From contig CDRNST010000080.1 of the NCBI GenBank assembly GCA_977016875.1, forward strand, positions 4,588,001 through 4,652,000: DNA of 64,000 nucleotides. Reading direction: 5' to 3'. Under the pieces are notes generated by a model, which saw nothing but the letters and a program-made list of their open reading frames with translations, had not been told where the DNA came from and did not search any database. Below are positions 1-13,199 of the stretch, piece by piece (within the stretch, counting starts at the first letter, position 1; the number at the start of each line of letters is the position of its first letter). Source of the DNA: Pavona decussata. Taxonomy: Eukaryota. The translations under genes and the position numbers were made by a program.

Positions 1-589
1 AGTGAAGTTGGAACATTTGAGTGTTTAAACTATTAAAGTTTTCAAAAAGCGACATCGACAGCCTGAAAAAGGCAGAGAACATGAACAACGACAAATCCGA
101 TGGTGACATGTTATCGAGTACGGTAAGGAAAAATGTGTGTTTCTTTTGTTCACATTTCGCTGCACATTGAATTAGTTTTAGTTCGCACTCTGTTCAACAT
201 CATCGACCGAGCACATATGACAAACCTCACACTTCAGGTTTGCAAAATTGCTTCGTTGACATTGTAAACAGAAGCCTTTCTTAACAGAATAGCAGTACAC
301 TGTTTGTAGAAATTTTCAAGTGATTGCCAAAAAAGCCAAGCCAGGAGCAGCCTCTTATTTCTCTTTTGATCAGTTGAGTAAGGGTGTACCCAAGCAAGCA
401 AGTGGCGTAAGCGCGAGAAATGATGTCTAATTGCATTCGGATTTGCTTGCTGATTTCCTAAGTACTTTAGGTAAAATCCAAGATAGTGAACAACACTCTA
501 CGGCAACCATCGTTAATCAAAATATTGACATTGTTAGCAACTTTTTATACTTTCGTTGGTTTAATTGTTATGCTTACGCAGAAATGACA

Positions 590-900
590 AAAAGCAAAAT
601 TTACAGCGGATCTGACAAATATTGGAAAGCAATAAAAGACATTCAACTACAACAAAAAAAGTAAAATTTACATCGAATCTGGCAAAGCAATAAAAGACAT
701 TAGAAGGTAACAAAACAAAGTAAAGTTTACAGCGGATCTGGCAAATATCGTAAATCAATAAAACACAATCGAAGACAACAAAAAAAGCAAAATTTTCAGC
801 GGATCTGGCAAATATCGTAAATCATTAAAAGACATTCCAAGATGACAAAAAAAAAGAGCAAAATTTACAGCAGATCTGGCAAATACCGTAAATCAAAACA
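590..900. repeat. Tandem repeat, ~5 imperfect copies of a 60-70 bp unit (core AAAATTTACAGCGGATCTGGCAAATATCGTAAATCAATAAAA)
   Basis: Core recurs at ~597, 663, 722, 789 and 860. Confidence 0.9.
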
Positions 901-940
901 TTTGAGGATTACTGAACAAAATTTAAAACTCTAAAGAAAG

Positions 941-1735
941 TCACTGCTCAGGAATAGGGGGTAGTGGTCCAAGTAGTTGCCTTAGTTGTATATCTTGAGT
1001 CGATGACTCCCTTACCCTCTTTCCTTGCTCCCCCCTAATCCTGAGCCAACAGTAAAATAAAATATTACAAAGGTTAGCACAACTCCAGGAAAAACTAGGC
1101 TGAAAAAAATGCTTCAAGAAAAAATAAACTTGAGAACAAAATCCACGAAAAATAAATAAAATTTACATTTGTATGGTCAGTTCCAGTGCTTGTGGTTTTG
1201 CTTGAAAGTGTGAAAGTGTGCTTGAAGATGAAGGTAAGATCTGAGAGGTGATTGGCGAGGCTTTTAAAGAGGAGGTTGATGTCAGCGTGGGTGCAGTTGA
1301 TGAAAGTGAATTTGATGAGGCTGGTGTTGGCGTTGAAGAAGGCTTGATACAGACTGATGGAGACTTTGGAAATTTGCTGCAGTTTAGGTGTTGTGGCCAG
1401 GGCAGATTGATGCGGTTTTAGAGGTGGATGCAATTAAAATAAACGTCGAGGCAAACAGAACGGCAAGGCGAAACAGATGAAAATTAGGTGTCATTGGTTC
1501 AAAGCGGCAAATGTGGGAAGCAAACGAAAAGACCAGTGAACTGCGAGCAGTTTAGCGTAATGAGGTGTTCAAAGTGGTGCAGGACGTCTTTCGCCAAGTA
1601 GTTTTGTTGGACGTAGTCGATGCTTGTGTTATAGACTGGCTCTTGCACTTTACACATCGGTATCTTCACAGTGTGGCATATTTTGCCATTCGTTGGCAAG
1701 ATGATGGCACATAAAATCATCAGCACAGCATACAT
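941..1735 (-). pseudogene. Intronless Frizzled-type cysteine-rich-domain (CRD) membrane protein pseudogene: signal peptide, CRD, S/T/P stalk, hydrophobic segment, short tail
   Basis: Reading through stops gives MYAVLMILCAIILPTNG-KICHTVKIPMCK..YNTS..LNCSQFTGLFVCFPHLPL*..PCRSVCLDVYFNCIHL*NRINLPWPQHLNCSKFPKSPSVCIKP, the 10-Cys FZ pattern with C5 replaced by TGA. Stops at 1499-1501, 1484-1486 and 1418-1420. An 8-bp duplication (GAAAGTGT, 1204-1219) causes a frameshift. Confidence 0.85.
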
Positions 1736-2713
1736 TTTCTGAATCACGGCTCACTTGAATATGACTTGTGGGCTAATGTCACATGAAAATTGCTTAAACA
1801 AACTTGTTATGTTTGCAACCTTTTTACTGGCCACTTAAAAGGTGAAGATTCTAGCAGAGCGGAAACTTTGGTAAAGAACAGTTCATCACAAAGAATTGCT
1901 CTTTGTGCATTGATCTCCAATGGTGCTTGCTAACCGTGACATGGAGTACTTGCATTAATTTTTGTTCGGTCTTCAAACTCAGATAAAAAAAGATATAAAA
2001 AATGAAGTCTCACACCTAGTTCAATAGGACTAAACAAAAATACTGTATTTTGCTACACTTCATAGATGCATATTGGATGAAATAGCGTCTACCTAGAAGG
2101 TCCAACTTTTTAAGGAAAAACATGGTCATTCCCACAACATACTTACTAAACGCTCACCTCTCTAGGAAACTAAATAAGCCTAAGATGTATGCACCATTCA
2201 ATTGAAATGAACAGAATGTCTGTTTGACCGGGGCTGTTCACCCGAAATGGGGACAACAGCGGGGACTTAACATTAAAGAACATTAAGCCGAATCCTTGCC
2301 CTTCTATTTATGTGATTTTAAATAAAAACGTTTGCCATAACTGGGTGTGTGACTTAATATAATGTCATTAGATAGATAAAAAAAGTTGCACTGTAGACAT
2401 CGTCCCTTACCTCAACAATGCATTACATCACAGTTGAAGTGCGCTGCAGGTATCAAAATATTTCGTCCTTTGGTGATTGATTTCAAATAAAGAAAAATAG
2501 GGTTGATAGAAAATAAGAAAGGACCTTAGTAGACAAGTTTTAAAAAACAAAGAAAGAACTCAAATAATTGAATAGTTTAAAGTAACATAAAAGTAAAAGC
2601 TTTATAAGTAAACTGTAGTGTTAGAAAATCCTGGGGTGCAATTTTGGCCTCACAGCCACAAAGGCCTGAAAGGCTGTGAGCCACTGAAGGTTTAGGTATC
2701 AGGTTATCAATTT

Positions 2714-3720
2714 CTAAATGCGATGATTGCAAGTGGAGCTGACTCGGTATCGGATAGCAACAGGCTCTGGAAGTGAATTTACATGAACATAATCCGATAT
2801 CTCATTAGCAAAATCCCTTTGATAACCACACCATGAATTCTTACCTGGGAGGCAGCGGTCATGGTTTGGATTTTCATCAGCTGCCGTGGTGTGGTGCCAT
2901 TTGGCCATAATTGCAGTTTGCATGCAAGAAAGATCATGATTGTTCTGTCTTAGTGCCATTCCGTAATACAATTGTAGTTTGTCTATCGATTGTCTAAGTT
3001 TCCCTTGCCACCAATTCCACCAAGCAGGTTGCCCCAATCTCTTTTTCAGTGAATGAAGTCTTGAACAAAGGTGCTTTTGAACCAGTTTTTGTTTAAAATT
3101 ACCAATTATTTGCCTTGAGTGTCGCCATATATAGCTTCCTGCACTAGAAGGTTGTGGGTCTTGTTATCCCCTTCACCAAGAAACTCAATATATTGCTGGC
3201 CATGTTTCTGCACAGATCTTTGAAATATGTTAGGCGTTTCTGCAGCGTCCAAAGATTCACATGAGCTGGAAAAACCACCTGACAATTGTGCTGATAGCCC
3301 TCCCACTAATGTTCAAACTCGGCTGATCGTTCCTTTGCCCTCCATAATTTGCAGTGTCCACACTCTGTGACTGTTGATATCAGTATTGCCACCCCATAAG
3401 AAGAAGAGAATCCCCATTTTCTCCAGGTTCCATATCCTAATACCCTAATGTCGTAACATCCGTCTTTTTTGGCTTTGTGAAAGGCTTTGAATTCACTTAA
3501 AGCTTTTGATATGCTTTGTAATACAACAGATTCAGCTACAGTTTGAACAGCTTTGATGTGGTCACAGTAAAAATTTTCATTCATTGGCGGTAACATGTTC
3601 ATTACACATGTAAATTTTTCGAGGCCTTGATGTCCTACGCCATTGTTTCATGTCGCCAAAATCACTCTTGGGTTAACATCAAAAGCTTGGCCATTTTCGA
3701 CTTTAACAGATGGTAGCAGA
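2714..3720 (-). pseudogene. Degraded 'Mutator-like'/Kolobok-type DDE transposase
   Basis: Motifs GYGTWRKWGFSSSYG (DGxWxxRGxxSxxG), IFQRS..HG.QYIEFLGEGD (GDGD), GKL..IDKLQLYYGMALRQN and HDRCLPGKNSWCGYQ, spread over frameshifted ORFs. Confidence 0.8.
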
Positions 3721-4581
3721 TTGATCACAATGACAACACAAACAAGGGCGAAACAGAATAGTAAAAATAAGAACTACAATACAAGTGATACATGTTACAA
3801 ATTTGTCTATCTATTGACAGATCAGGGTGTCTGGCAATGGCACAAACAATCCAATGGAGTTTGCTTACGTCAGTTGTGTCTTCCTAGTCCATCTTTTTCT
3901 GGATCTTTATTTTTCCTTATTACCTTCAATGATACGCAGTGAGTTGTTGACTTCACCCAACTGCATTGCAATCTCGCCTTGACCCCTCTGTTGCAACGTG
4001 TACTTTATGTCACCAATTCTTGTAAAGACTGCGTGGAATTTGGAAGTGACATTTACTTGGTTGTTGGACATCATGTCAACATTGCCCACTAAATTTTCCC
4101 TGACATGAGAAGTATAAAAAGGTAAATATTATTAATACTGGCATTTTACTTGGCCATACTGAACTGAAACTTACTGCCAATGCAGTGACCGCTTTTCTTG
4201 TGTAGGGGGACGTGAGAACTTAAGATACAGTGACCAAAAGTCTTACACAATCCAGTACTAACACGGGTTTATTTTGGCTGAGGTATACTTCTGATTGTGC
4301 GATCACCACTAAAGAAAGGGGTAAATGTGCATACCTAAAGCTTGCGCTTATTTCATACTCTGGAACTGACACGGGAATGTCAAAGACTGTCAGGTCTGTA
4401 AATTTGCATGGGTTACTTGAGAAAGATGCTTCAAGCAAATTCAAACGTGGACAAAATGTTCAGAAATCGTATATCTAGTCCACGTTTAGCTTGGAAGCAT
4501 CATCATCATTTGGCAGGTGATACAACGATTTAAAGTCAGGAGGCTGTTACAGCAACCCAACACAATTGGAACCACTCGCTT

Positions 4582-7500
4582 AGTGTAAAAAGGAATGAAG
4601 ATAGGCCTGCCCGACTCCCACTCGCGTGCTTTTAGCTTTGGTTGTTGCTCTATTAAATGCCATTTGCTCATAAGGATTTCCTTTAAGTTTGGCACTGATG
4701 GATGATATTGTGTTACAAACGGCAACATTCTTTTATTTTCTTTATTCTTTTGTTGGAGGGCTTGTGATCTGTCTTGGAAATTTACTTGTGCGAGGTTTTT
4801 TTTGATAAACCCTTTAGGGTAACCTCTCTGCAAGGTGCGTTTTAAAGGTTTTAATTTTCTCTTCAAATGATGTTTTAGAAGAGTTTGTCCTCAGAAGTCG
4901 TAAAGCCTCTCCTTTGACAAATCCCCTTTTGACACCGGTTGGGTGACAGGACGAGAAATGTGTATATTGAAATGTCTCAGTCGGTTCTAAGTGGGTTCGC
5001 ACATCAAGTACTGATTTTGTTTCGAATCTTACGCCTTTGTAGATGATGGTGTCCAAGACAGTTATTTCAGTATCTGAAACTTCAGCCAGGAATTTGATTG
5101 TAGGGTGGTGTTTGCTTGCTTGTTCAATGAAGTGTGTAATTTCTCCTCTGTTGGTGTTCCAGAGGGAGAATATGTCGTCAATGCAGCGTTTCCAAACAAG
5201 TGGTTTGATTGCGCTTTGGCTCGTGATTTCTGTTTCAAATCTGCCCATGAAAATATTGGCAAAGGCGATTGCCATCTTTGTTCCCATGGCGGTTCCATGT
5301 GTTTGGAGATAATTCTTTCCATTAAACTGGAATGAATTTTCTTTTAAAATAAGCCTGAGCGCTTCTTTAAGTAGTGGAGTAGGGATAGGAGGTTTATTTT
5401 CATAGAATGCATCATATGCTCTGCATACTGTTTGGATTCCCTCCTCCTGCGATATGTTTGTATATCAGCTTGTTACGTCCATTGAAACAAGAAAAATCCC
5501 CGTTGGTACTTTTGATCTCTCTATGAAGTTAATAAATTCAGTTGTATCTTTCAGATATGATCTCTGCTGTTGTGCTATAGGCTGAAGAATTCTATCAACA
5601 AATGATGATAGTTTCTCTGTAGGGCCATCACATCCTGGTATTATGGGTCTCCGACTGGTGTCGGTTTGTGAATGTTAGTAAGTGTGTAGAAGACCGGAAT
5701 TCGAGGCGGGTTTGATCTTTCACAAAGCCATTTTTCAGTTGTTTCATCTGTGTGGTTTTTGTGGTAGAGTTCATTAACTAGTTGTAGAACTCTGCAGTTT
5801 GTCTCCTCTGCCATTGGTTCTGTAAGTGGTCTGTGGTGTTCTTTGTTATCCAGTTGAATTTGACCTTCTCTGATTTTGTCTTGTATGCTGAATACAACAG
5901 TGGTTGTCCCTTTATCTGCCTTTTTAAGGTTGATCTCTTTGTCGTGCTTTAAGGCCTTGAGTGCCTTTTGTGCGGCTGTTGGCAGATTATGTTTTGGCTT
6001 TGTGGGTTTGGTTTCTGCAAGTTGTATTTTAACCTCTTCTAAATAACTCTCTAGGGCAACTGATCGTTGTATTGGTGGTTTCCACGTCGATTTTACATGG
6101 AACGGATGTGGTGAAATTCTCAAAGCCACGCAAGAGTTGCAGTTGCATTTGTTTTTCGTTAGTCACGGGTGTAGGGATAAATTTACGCCCTATTGCTTAT
6201 AAGTTAATTTAATCTTTGGTAAGATCTTTGTTAGAGAGGTTTTTTATGTGGTTTTTGTTTGCCTCAAACTGTGCAGTTATATTTCTTTTGTTTTTGATTT
6301 GTTTGCGGTCTTTGCGCTTTCTGTTCAACAAGTGTTGCGTTTGTTGTTTCCATTTGGCCCCGTCGTTATTTAATGACTCAGAGAGCAGGCATGTGTACTG
6401 TTTAAATTGTTTATTTTCTTTGCCTTTTACAGTTGACATTAAATCGTTGAACTCGGCTATTCTCTTTTCTAGGTTCTCTGCTATCTTGTAGATATTGCCC
6501 ATTGTTTCATTGCTCTCTCTATTCACCGAGTGTGTTACTTTCTTGGTTTTTGAAAATCTAGTTACATCAGTGTTCGTAGTTTTGTTTGGAACTTTAGGTC
6601 ATTTTTCATGCTTGATTTCCGATCTAAAATGATCCGTTTCGCGTTAATGAAAACGAGTTAGAGCCCTAACGAACTCTTGTTCCGCAGTTTTGCGGATGCG
6701 TTTAAAAATGTCAGTTTTGAATTCAGTGTCCGCTCTAATGCGAGCTCTTGCCGTATACTTTAATGGTTCCGGGCATGTTCCTCTTTCGGAGTGCCTTTTG
6801 AGTGCTTTTATCGCCTTTTAAGCATTATTTAACTTCTCTTCTGCTGACAGTGTTTGGCTGTAATGGCGTTTTCTGTTCTGCTGTATGAGTTTTGGCTCTT
6901 TCTTGTTCTCCTTGTACTGCTGTCCTTTTGGCGGCCTTTGGCTGCTTTCAAAATCTTCGTGGTCCGACTTATCGGGCGCGGCAAGGAGCTCATCTTCATT
7001 TTCACTTGGTTCCGTTAGCTTCATTGGTTTTTCTTCTGTTTCAGAGGCATTTTCTATGCTTGTGCCAGGGACAGCTAGTAGTCCTTCTGACATTAGTTAA
7101 GTTCTCAACATGTTCACTTTGGTGATGGTCAGGCAAGACCGTGGTTTCAATCCTAATCTTGTGGATCTCTTCAGTTGCTGATTTTTGAGAAATGATAAAG
7201 ATGAGTTCTCGGTATCATTTCAAATATTCACGCTCTTTGATATTTTATACGCGTTGGAAGGATCGAAAATCCCTTGTTTCTATTGATTCCTCTATTGACC
7301 AATCATATAGCTGTGATTTCGATTCTTGCAGGTTAACCTTGAGCTGGGTTTTCTGTGATGGCTAAATCGTTGAATTTCAAACATATACTGGCATATTACC
7401 TTAAGATGGTTGATCATGTAGGATTGTGATGTTGTTTCCTGGCGTATTGCCGAGTCAGGATGACTTTTTTGATTGTTGTATTCAAGAAAACTTATGTTTT

Positions 7501-7660
7501 CTTCTCTGTTTCGCTCAGTTTGCACAGCTTATGTAAAGCTGGTGTGGTAAACCGCAATGAATGTTCCTCACTGCGTGGGACGGGGCCTATCTGATAAGCA
7601 TACTCAGTGTAAAAAGGAATGAAGATAGGCCTGCGCGACTCCCGCTCGCGTGTTTTTAGC
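4582..7660 (-). mobile_element. Penelope-like retroelement (PLE), frameshifted RT ORF, no GIY-YIG endonuclease visible, 55-bp terminal direct repeats
   Basis: KADKG, FYTLTNIHK..P, GTAMGTKMA..FANIFM, WKRCIDDIF (YIDD), FLDT-like, THLEPTETFQY..FSSCHP, FVTQYHP motifs. Repeats 4582-4636 and 7606-7660 differ at 3 positions. Confidence 0.9.
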
Positions 7661-8479
7661 CATGTTCAGTTATAGTTTTGCTCTGAGTATGTCTTTTAGG
7701 GAACGCCCTCTCTTGCCTTAATCTGTGCTGCATCAGGTAGGCCAGTCCGGAGGAAAATTGGAGGTTCCTTGGTGACGTGGCATTGTAAGGATGTTCTGCT
7801 CTAAGAACCATTTTTATTTTGGATAGACCTTGATTCCAGTGGGTTTGATCAAGAATGTTAGAATCTGATTTTGTACCTTGCGGCATAATTTGTCCAATGA
7901 AGGCACGTTGAAATTAATCAGTGGGTTATAATATATCATCCGTGATCACTGTGTAGCTGCTGCTAATATCACTCGGCACTCTACGTTATTAGATGACTTC
8001 ACCATTACGAAACACATCCCGACGGTAACAATTCTGTACCAGAACGGTTCTTGTAAAGACAAAGATTAATAAAAGATATTGAAAAAATACTACAACTGAC
8101 GACATGGAATAAGTAACTGAGAAACAATCGAAAATGAACAACTGACATAAGAACGTACCTTATCGGTGATTCTACAGTAAATTAAAGTGGACAGATAGAC
8201 GGCGCAACACAACTATAAACACTGAAAACGATGCACACACTAAAAACTTATGCAAAGAAACTGGCTTTAAAAAGGTAAAAGGAGTGACAGGCTATTTACA
8301 TACGTAATGATCCATAAGGTGTGGGGGCGAAAGGTATGAAAGGGGTAGCGTAAACAAATGAAACGTAAGTAGGTGTAAATTAGGCACGCCAGAAAGAACT
8401 ATGTAACTTGCTGTAACACACTGACTTTTCCCTTCACATGCAAGTTTGCTAATTTACTAACATTAAAAATGAAATGTAA

Positions 8480-10180
8480 TATGCTAAGCACTTAAATGGA
8501 CTAAGTGTTTCATTTTCAGTTTCTGTTAGACAGTTCCCATTACTGCTTGTTAAGCCACTGATTAAATTCAACAATGTGTAGATATCAAGGGACACCTTCG
8601 ATTTCAGGAAAGCTGCCATGGCATCTTCCAGGTTCTTTTCCAAAAGGATCCACTTGTATGAGGTCGGCAACCATCTCCTTTTGATCTCTGAGTGAATTTC
8701 TTGTTGTGTGCTAGACAGAATGTTGGTGAATATCAGCAAGAAACATTGTACATTTAACTAATTTATTTGAGGGTTTTGTTTGGCTTCATTCTCTGGATGA
8801 TGGACTGGCTTAGTCTATTGGCGATTTCTTGTGCCAGGTCATTTTTGTTGATGTTGCCAGCGTCACCTGCCCAGTTCACAAAGAAACTTTATTTGAATTA
8901 TTCTGCAAGGCTTTGCATTAGCATACTTTCAATTTGTGTAATGCGGGTAGACATTTCCAATGCATATTTGTTGTATGCTCCCATCTATTTAAAGACAGGC
9001 AGCAGTGATTTCTGATTTGCAAGGTTTCTATCCCCATCTGCCTCTTCTGTAGTGCGTGTCAGCTGCAAAATGAGGATGGTGAGAAGTATGAACCATAGGG
9101 CATAATTTGTGACATAATCTTCCTTCTCCCCATTCGCGGTAGCAGTTTTTCGTCAGACATACATAAAATACATCAATGAATTTGCAAAAAAGATCAAAAT
9201 AAATCTATTTTTAATTTCTCTGCTTGATGGGAAATGTTTGTCGTGAACGTTTTTGGGTGGGTACTTGCCATTCCAAAGAAGCGAAGTGCAGCAGTGACAA
9301 TGTGCACCATTCCGACACCTAAGAAAAATTCTTCACTGCCTTCTCAAGCACTTAAAGGGTACTTGGAACCTTTGCAGGGCTACTTTTTGAATGTCTGGGG
9401 TTCTACTGAGGGAAATACACTGAGGGATTGATGTTTTGTGATTAACACTGTGCAGCTACATTTCATCAGAGATCATGTTTGGTGCCCGATTAATTCGATG
9501 GAATGGCTTTCTTTCATTTTACTGTTTACCGGCTTCCTCTCCCTTAGCAGAGGAATGACCAAAATAGCTTGTAATTTTATCGAATTCTGCATTTTATAAC
9601 CTTCTTATTGATATATAGATTGTGGTGGTTTTCTAAAAAACAGTGCACATACAAATTTTTTTCGGGAAGGCACCCGCAAAGGTTTGGAGTAACCTTAATG
9701 GGGTGGCATTGCGAGGATTAATTTTTCTCTAAAGTACTTCACAGTTCCAATTTGGTTCACTGATTCTGACTTGTGAAGGAAAAAGTAGAAAAATTGGAGC
9801 AATGATGCTTTTGTGTGCTACATGACCTGCTTGATTGAGTAACAATGCACGAAATGTTCTGATAGAGTGTGTGATGAATGTGTGTGGTAATGATTGACTT
9901 AACCATTTGAATTTTGGAAAGAATTCGAAAATTGACCTTCCTAAGATTATCTTTGCACTGTTAAGGTACGATTTTCACCCATTGCCATTTAATGAAAAAT
10001 GATCCTGTGAAAATAGGAATTAACGTAGTCAGGTCACCAGTACCTCGGAAAACTTTACCAGCCTTAACTTTGTGTTCAACTTTGTTAGAAAAGTGTCCTC
10101 TAGGAGTTTCAGTATGGTGTATTGCCTTCCATGTTCAATCGCCCACGAAGCTGTGTTAAATAATCATCAGGAAAAGGGAA
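8480..10180 (-). pseudogene. DUF6589-like (transposase-associated) gene relic
   Basis: Fragments [42 protein letters not shown] and YNKYALEM..FFVNWAGDAGNINKNDLAQEIANRLSQSIIQRM; many stops. Confidence 0.55.
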
Positions 10181-11475
10181 CATTAGACTAAAACATGCTG
10201 ACACCTAATGCCAGTAGGGCCATAGTTTAGTGGATAAAATAGATGCCAAGACTTTTAATGGATGTTCACTCTTTATTTCGCTCATTTTTGTGCAAAAGTG
10301 TTTCACGAAACCTTTTATTATCAGCAATTTTTATTTTCCATGTGAAAAACTCAGTATATTTCATTGGTACTGTTCTGAATTTATTGGTACTGTTCTGAAT
10401 TAAATTATTGGAAGTTGTTGCACAAAATCGTGTGTACACACAGAATGTAGAGCAAACACAGCAGTAGCTGTCAGTAGCTGTAACCTAGTCAAACAATTGA
10501 ATAGTTATTCAGTCCCAAACTTTCTGAACTATTATTACAGTGTAAGTATGGTAATCCTGCATTGCTGTATATCAATCTGTAGTCCCTGTACATATGTATT
10601 TTTTTTTTACCAGAGTCATGCTGTTTACTTTCAGAAAGGAGGGTTCCAGTAATAATTTTTTGTTTTTTACAATCTTTCATCATGTTTATACTTCCCCTTA
10701 ATTTTTTTATGTTCTTGTTATTCACTGTCATGTTAATTTTCGTGGAATTTCATGGTTCACCTTTAGTAATATCAGTGATTTACGGTTCTTTGGAAGTTCT
10801 TGTGTCATCTTCAGGTGACTGACATTGATATTCCTCAATAGTGAGGGTTGTGACAAATAAACACAACAAAAATATTCGCCTTATGTGGCATCACCATTTT
10901 TATGGGTATTCAACGGAAAGAGCCCAGGAGGCCGGTTGACCAGGTGTAACTGTTGACTAGCATTGTTTTGCTAAATACAATGTATAGCCAGTATTGAAAT
11001 GAGCACAGACAATTTTGATTTTTGAGTATAGCCTTTCCCTCTCAAATGGAGTCAATGAACTCAGCAACAGATTCATTAATTTTTTCTTTTTCAAAAGTAG
11101 TTTGACATCTTTGAAAAAGCTGAAGTAAAGTTGTGTAACATTCCGGTCAAAGGTGTTGAAGCATTGAAGTTCTCATGTTATTAGGCCAGTCATTGCATTG
11201 TTGATCATGTAAGCTTTGTTCATATGCAATGGCCAGTCTCTTTTAGAAACCCACCAAGATGGGGCCAACAAGCTCTAGCACCAGATCAAGCTGTTGCGTT
11301 CAGTAGTTCGGCTTTTCGTTAGCAAAACAGACCATTCTTACCTTCTCCTACTCCACACCAAACTTCATTTCCACAGAATTGTTGTTCCAGAAGCTTAACT
11401 AACTTTCTGTCTCTTTTTCCATTTTGGAGCCCTAAGATTTACTTTCTTTGTGCTTGCACTTGCCATCATTTTTGA

Positions 11476-11690
11476 AGTAGTAGTAGTAGTAGTAATCTTT
11501 ATTTACCCACAGTCAAGTTCAATCAGGTTTAAGACAACAATACAATACAATATAATCCTAAAAATCTAATTGCTATTTTTACATATTATCTTAATTATTT
11601 ACTATTAAATACCTGTTTTCCATTAATGTTGTGCCTTTAATTATTAATATAGTAATTATCTTGAAGTCTCTTAAATTCACCCAGAGATCC
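11476..11690 (-). mobile_element. 3' end of a non-LTR retrotransposon with (TAC)n tail
   Basis: (GTA)6 on + followed by TTTATT (AATAAA on -). Confidence 0.45.
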
Positions 11691-12534
11691 TGCTTGTGTT
11701 ATGCTTATGCGACTTCTGAGTTGTGGGAGTGTGTGAACAAGTTTGCAGCGAATGCCAAACCAAAAGGGAAAACATCAAATTGAAAATATCTTACAATTCC
11801 GTCACCAAAAACCAATACATTTTCTATGATCTGGGAAAATTTTGTTCTTGAGGAGCTAGGATATAGCCCCTGACACAAGTTATTTCTCCTTCAATGCTGA
11901 CCTGTTGTTAGTATTTACCTTGGGAGAAGAGACGTGCCAAATGACACCAAATCTTCACCCATCCATCGTTACATTTTGCAAAATTCCCATCAACTGAAAT
12001 GTTGCTGAACTGTCCTTAGACTAGTTCATAATGTGTGAAATCTTGAAATCAGTGGAGGTGTTTTCTAAATCTACTACGTCAGGAATCATCAGGATAAAAA
12101 TCAAAGTATTACAAACAAAATGGAAATTCAATACACTTTTCGTTTCTACTGCTCCGCAAGTAAGTTCATGTTTCATTGAAACTGCACATGTTGTGTGATA
12201 ACTCTTATCTGATTTTGTTGCCAATGATTGCCCTGTTTCTTCTGCTTGGCAAATTATTTTTTCTTTTTCAGTAATGAACCTGAGGAGAAGGTGGGCAAAT
12301 GTGTAAATATTGGTTTTTCGATGGTGAATTCAAAAAAGGTATTACAGGCTTAAACAGAAAGCGAAACCAAAGGGCCTCAGTACGTCACCCTTCAGAATGT
12401 TCATGTGGCTGTTGCCTCCACTTGAGAAGATTTTGACTAACGTTTGTCAGTGTCACAAAACACATCATCAGTGCTGAAGATAACAATCGATGACTAATGT
12501 AGTTGTTATCAACCTAAACAATAATTTCCTGTAT

Positions 12535-12868
12535 ATTTACAACAACTTTATGCAAACTCTATGCAAACGTTGCACAAACTCTACTCCAACTCTTTGCAAA
12601 CTCTACGCTAATTGTATGCGTACTCTACACCAACTGTACGCGAACTGTACTCAAACTTTACGCAGTCTATACCAACTTTGACCAAACTCTGCGTCACAAC
12701 TTTAAGTGCGAAATTCACGCCAACTTTACGGCAACTCAAAGCCAACTTTGCCTCAACTTTGCAGCAATATTATGAAGACTTAAAGCAACTTTGACAACTT
12801 TACGGAAACTTAGCGCGTAGGCTTACAGCAACTTTACTGCAGCTTTATGGCAGGCTTACACGACTTTC
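12535..12868. repeat. Degenerate 11-bp minisatellite (consensus ~CCAACTTTACG), ~30 units
   Basis: caactttatg, caaactctatg, ccaactgtacg, caaactttacg, gcaactttact and similar units with ~11-nt period. Confidence 0.85.
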
Positions 12869-13199
12869 TTGAATGCAAAGTAATTCATTGGAGATTGCGC
12901 TTCAAAGCAAGAAATAGAAGACAAAGTTGGCGACCTGAATTTACGATCTGACCCTGATTCAGCTGTCATAGTGATAATTAAAGATGATTTGGTCATGTGA
13001 ATGTACACTCTATACTGAGAGAATCAATAAAAATATACACAACTTGTACAGTGTTCATTTTTTGCTGCTGTTTAGTTTACTGTCTATTTACAAGTCGTCA
13101 TCCTCTTCCCATCCACTATCACTGTCTTCACTTTCTGTTTCAGTATCAGATTCTTTGTCTTCAGCCTTGTCATCTAAACAGAAAACCTTTGCTGCCAGT

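Noticed and set aside
1499-1501. TGA at a conserved Cys as selenocysteine
   Set aside because: The same frame has two TAA stops and a frameshift, so ordinary decay explains it
10860-12260. Possible coding relics upstream of the DUF6589-like gene
   Set aside because: Frames are too broken to assign to any family
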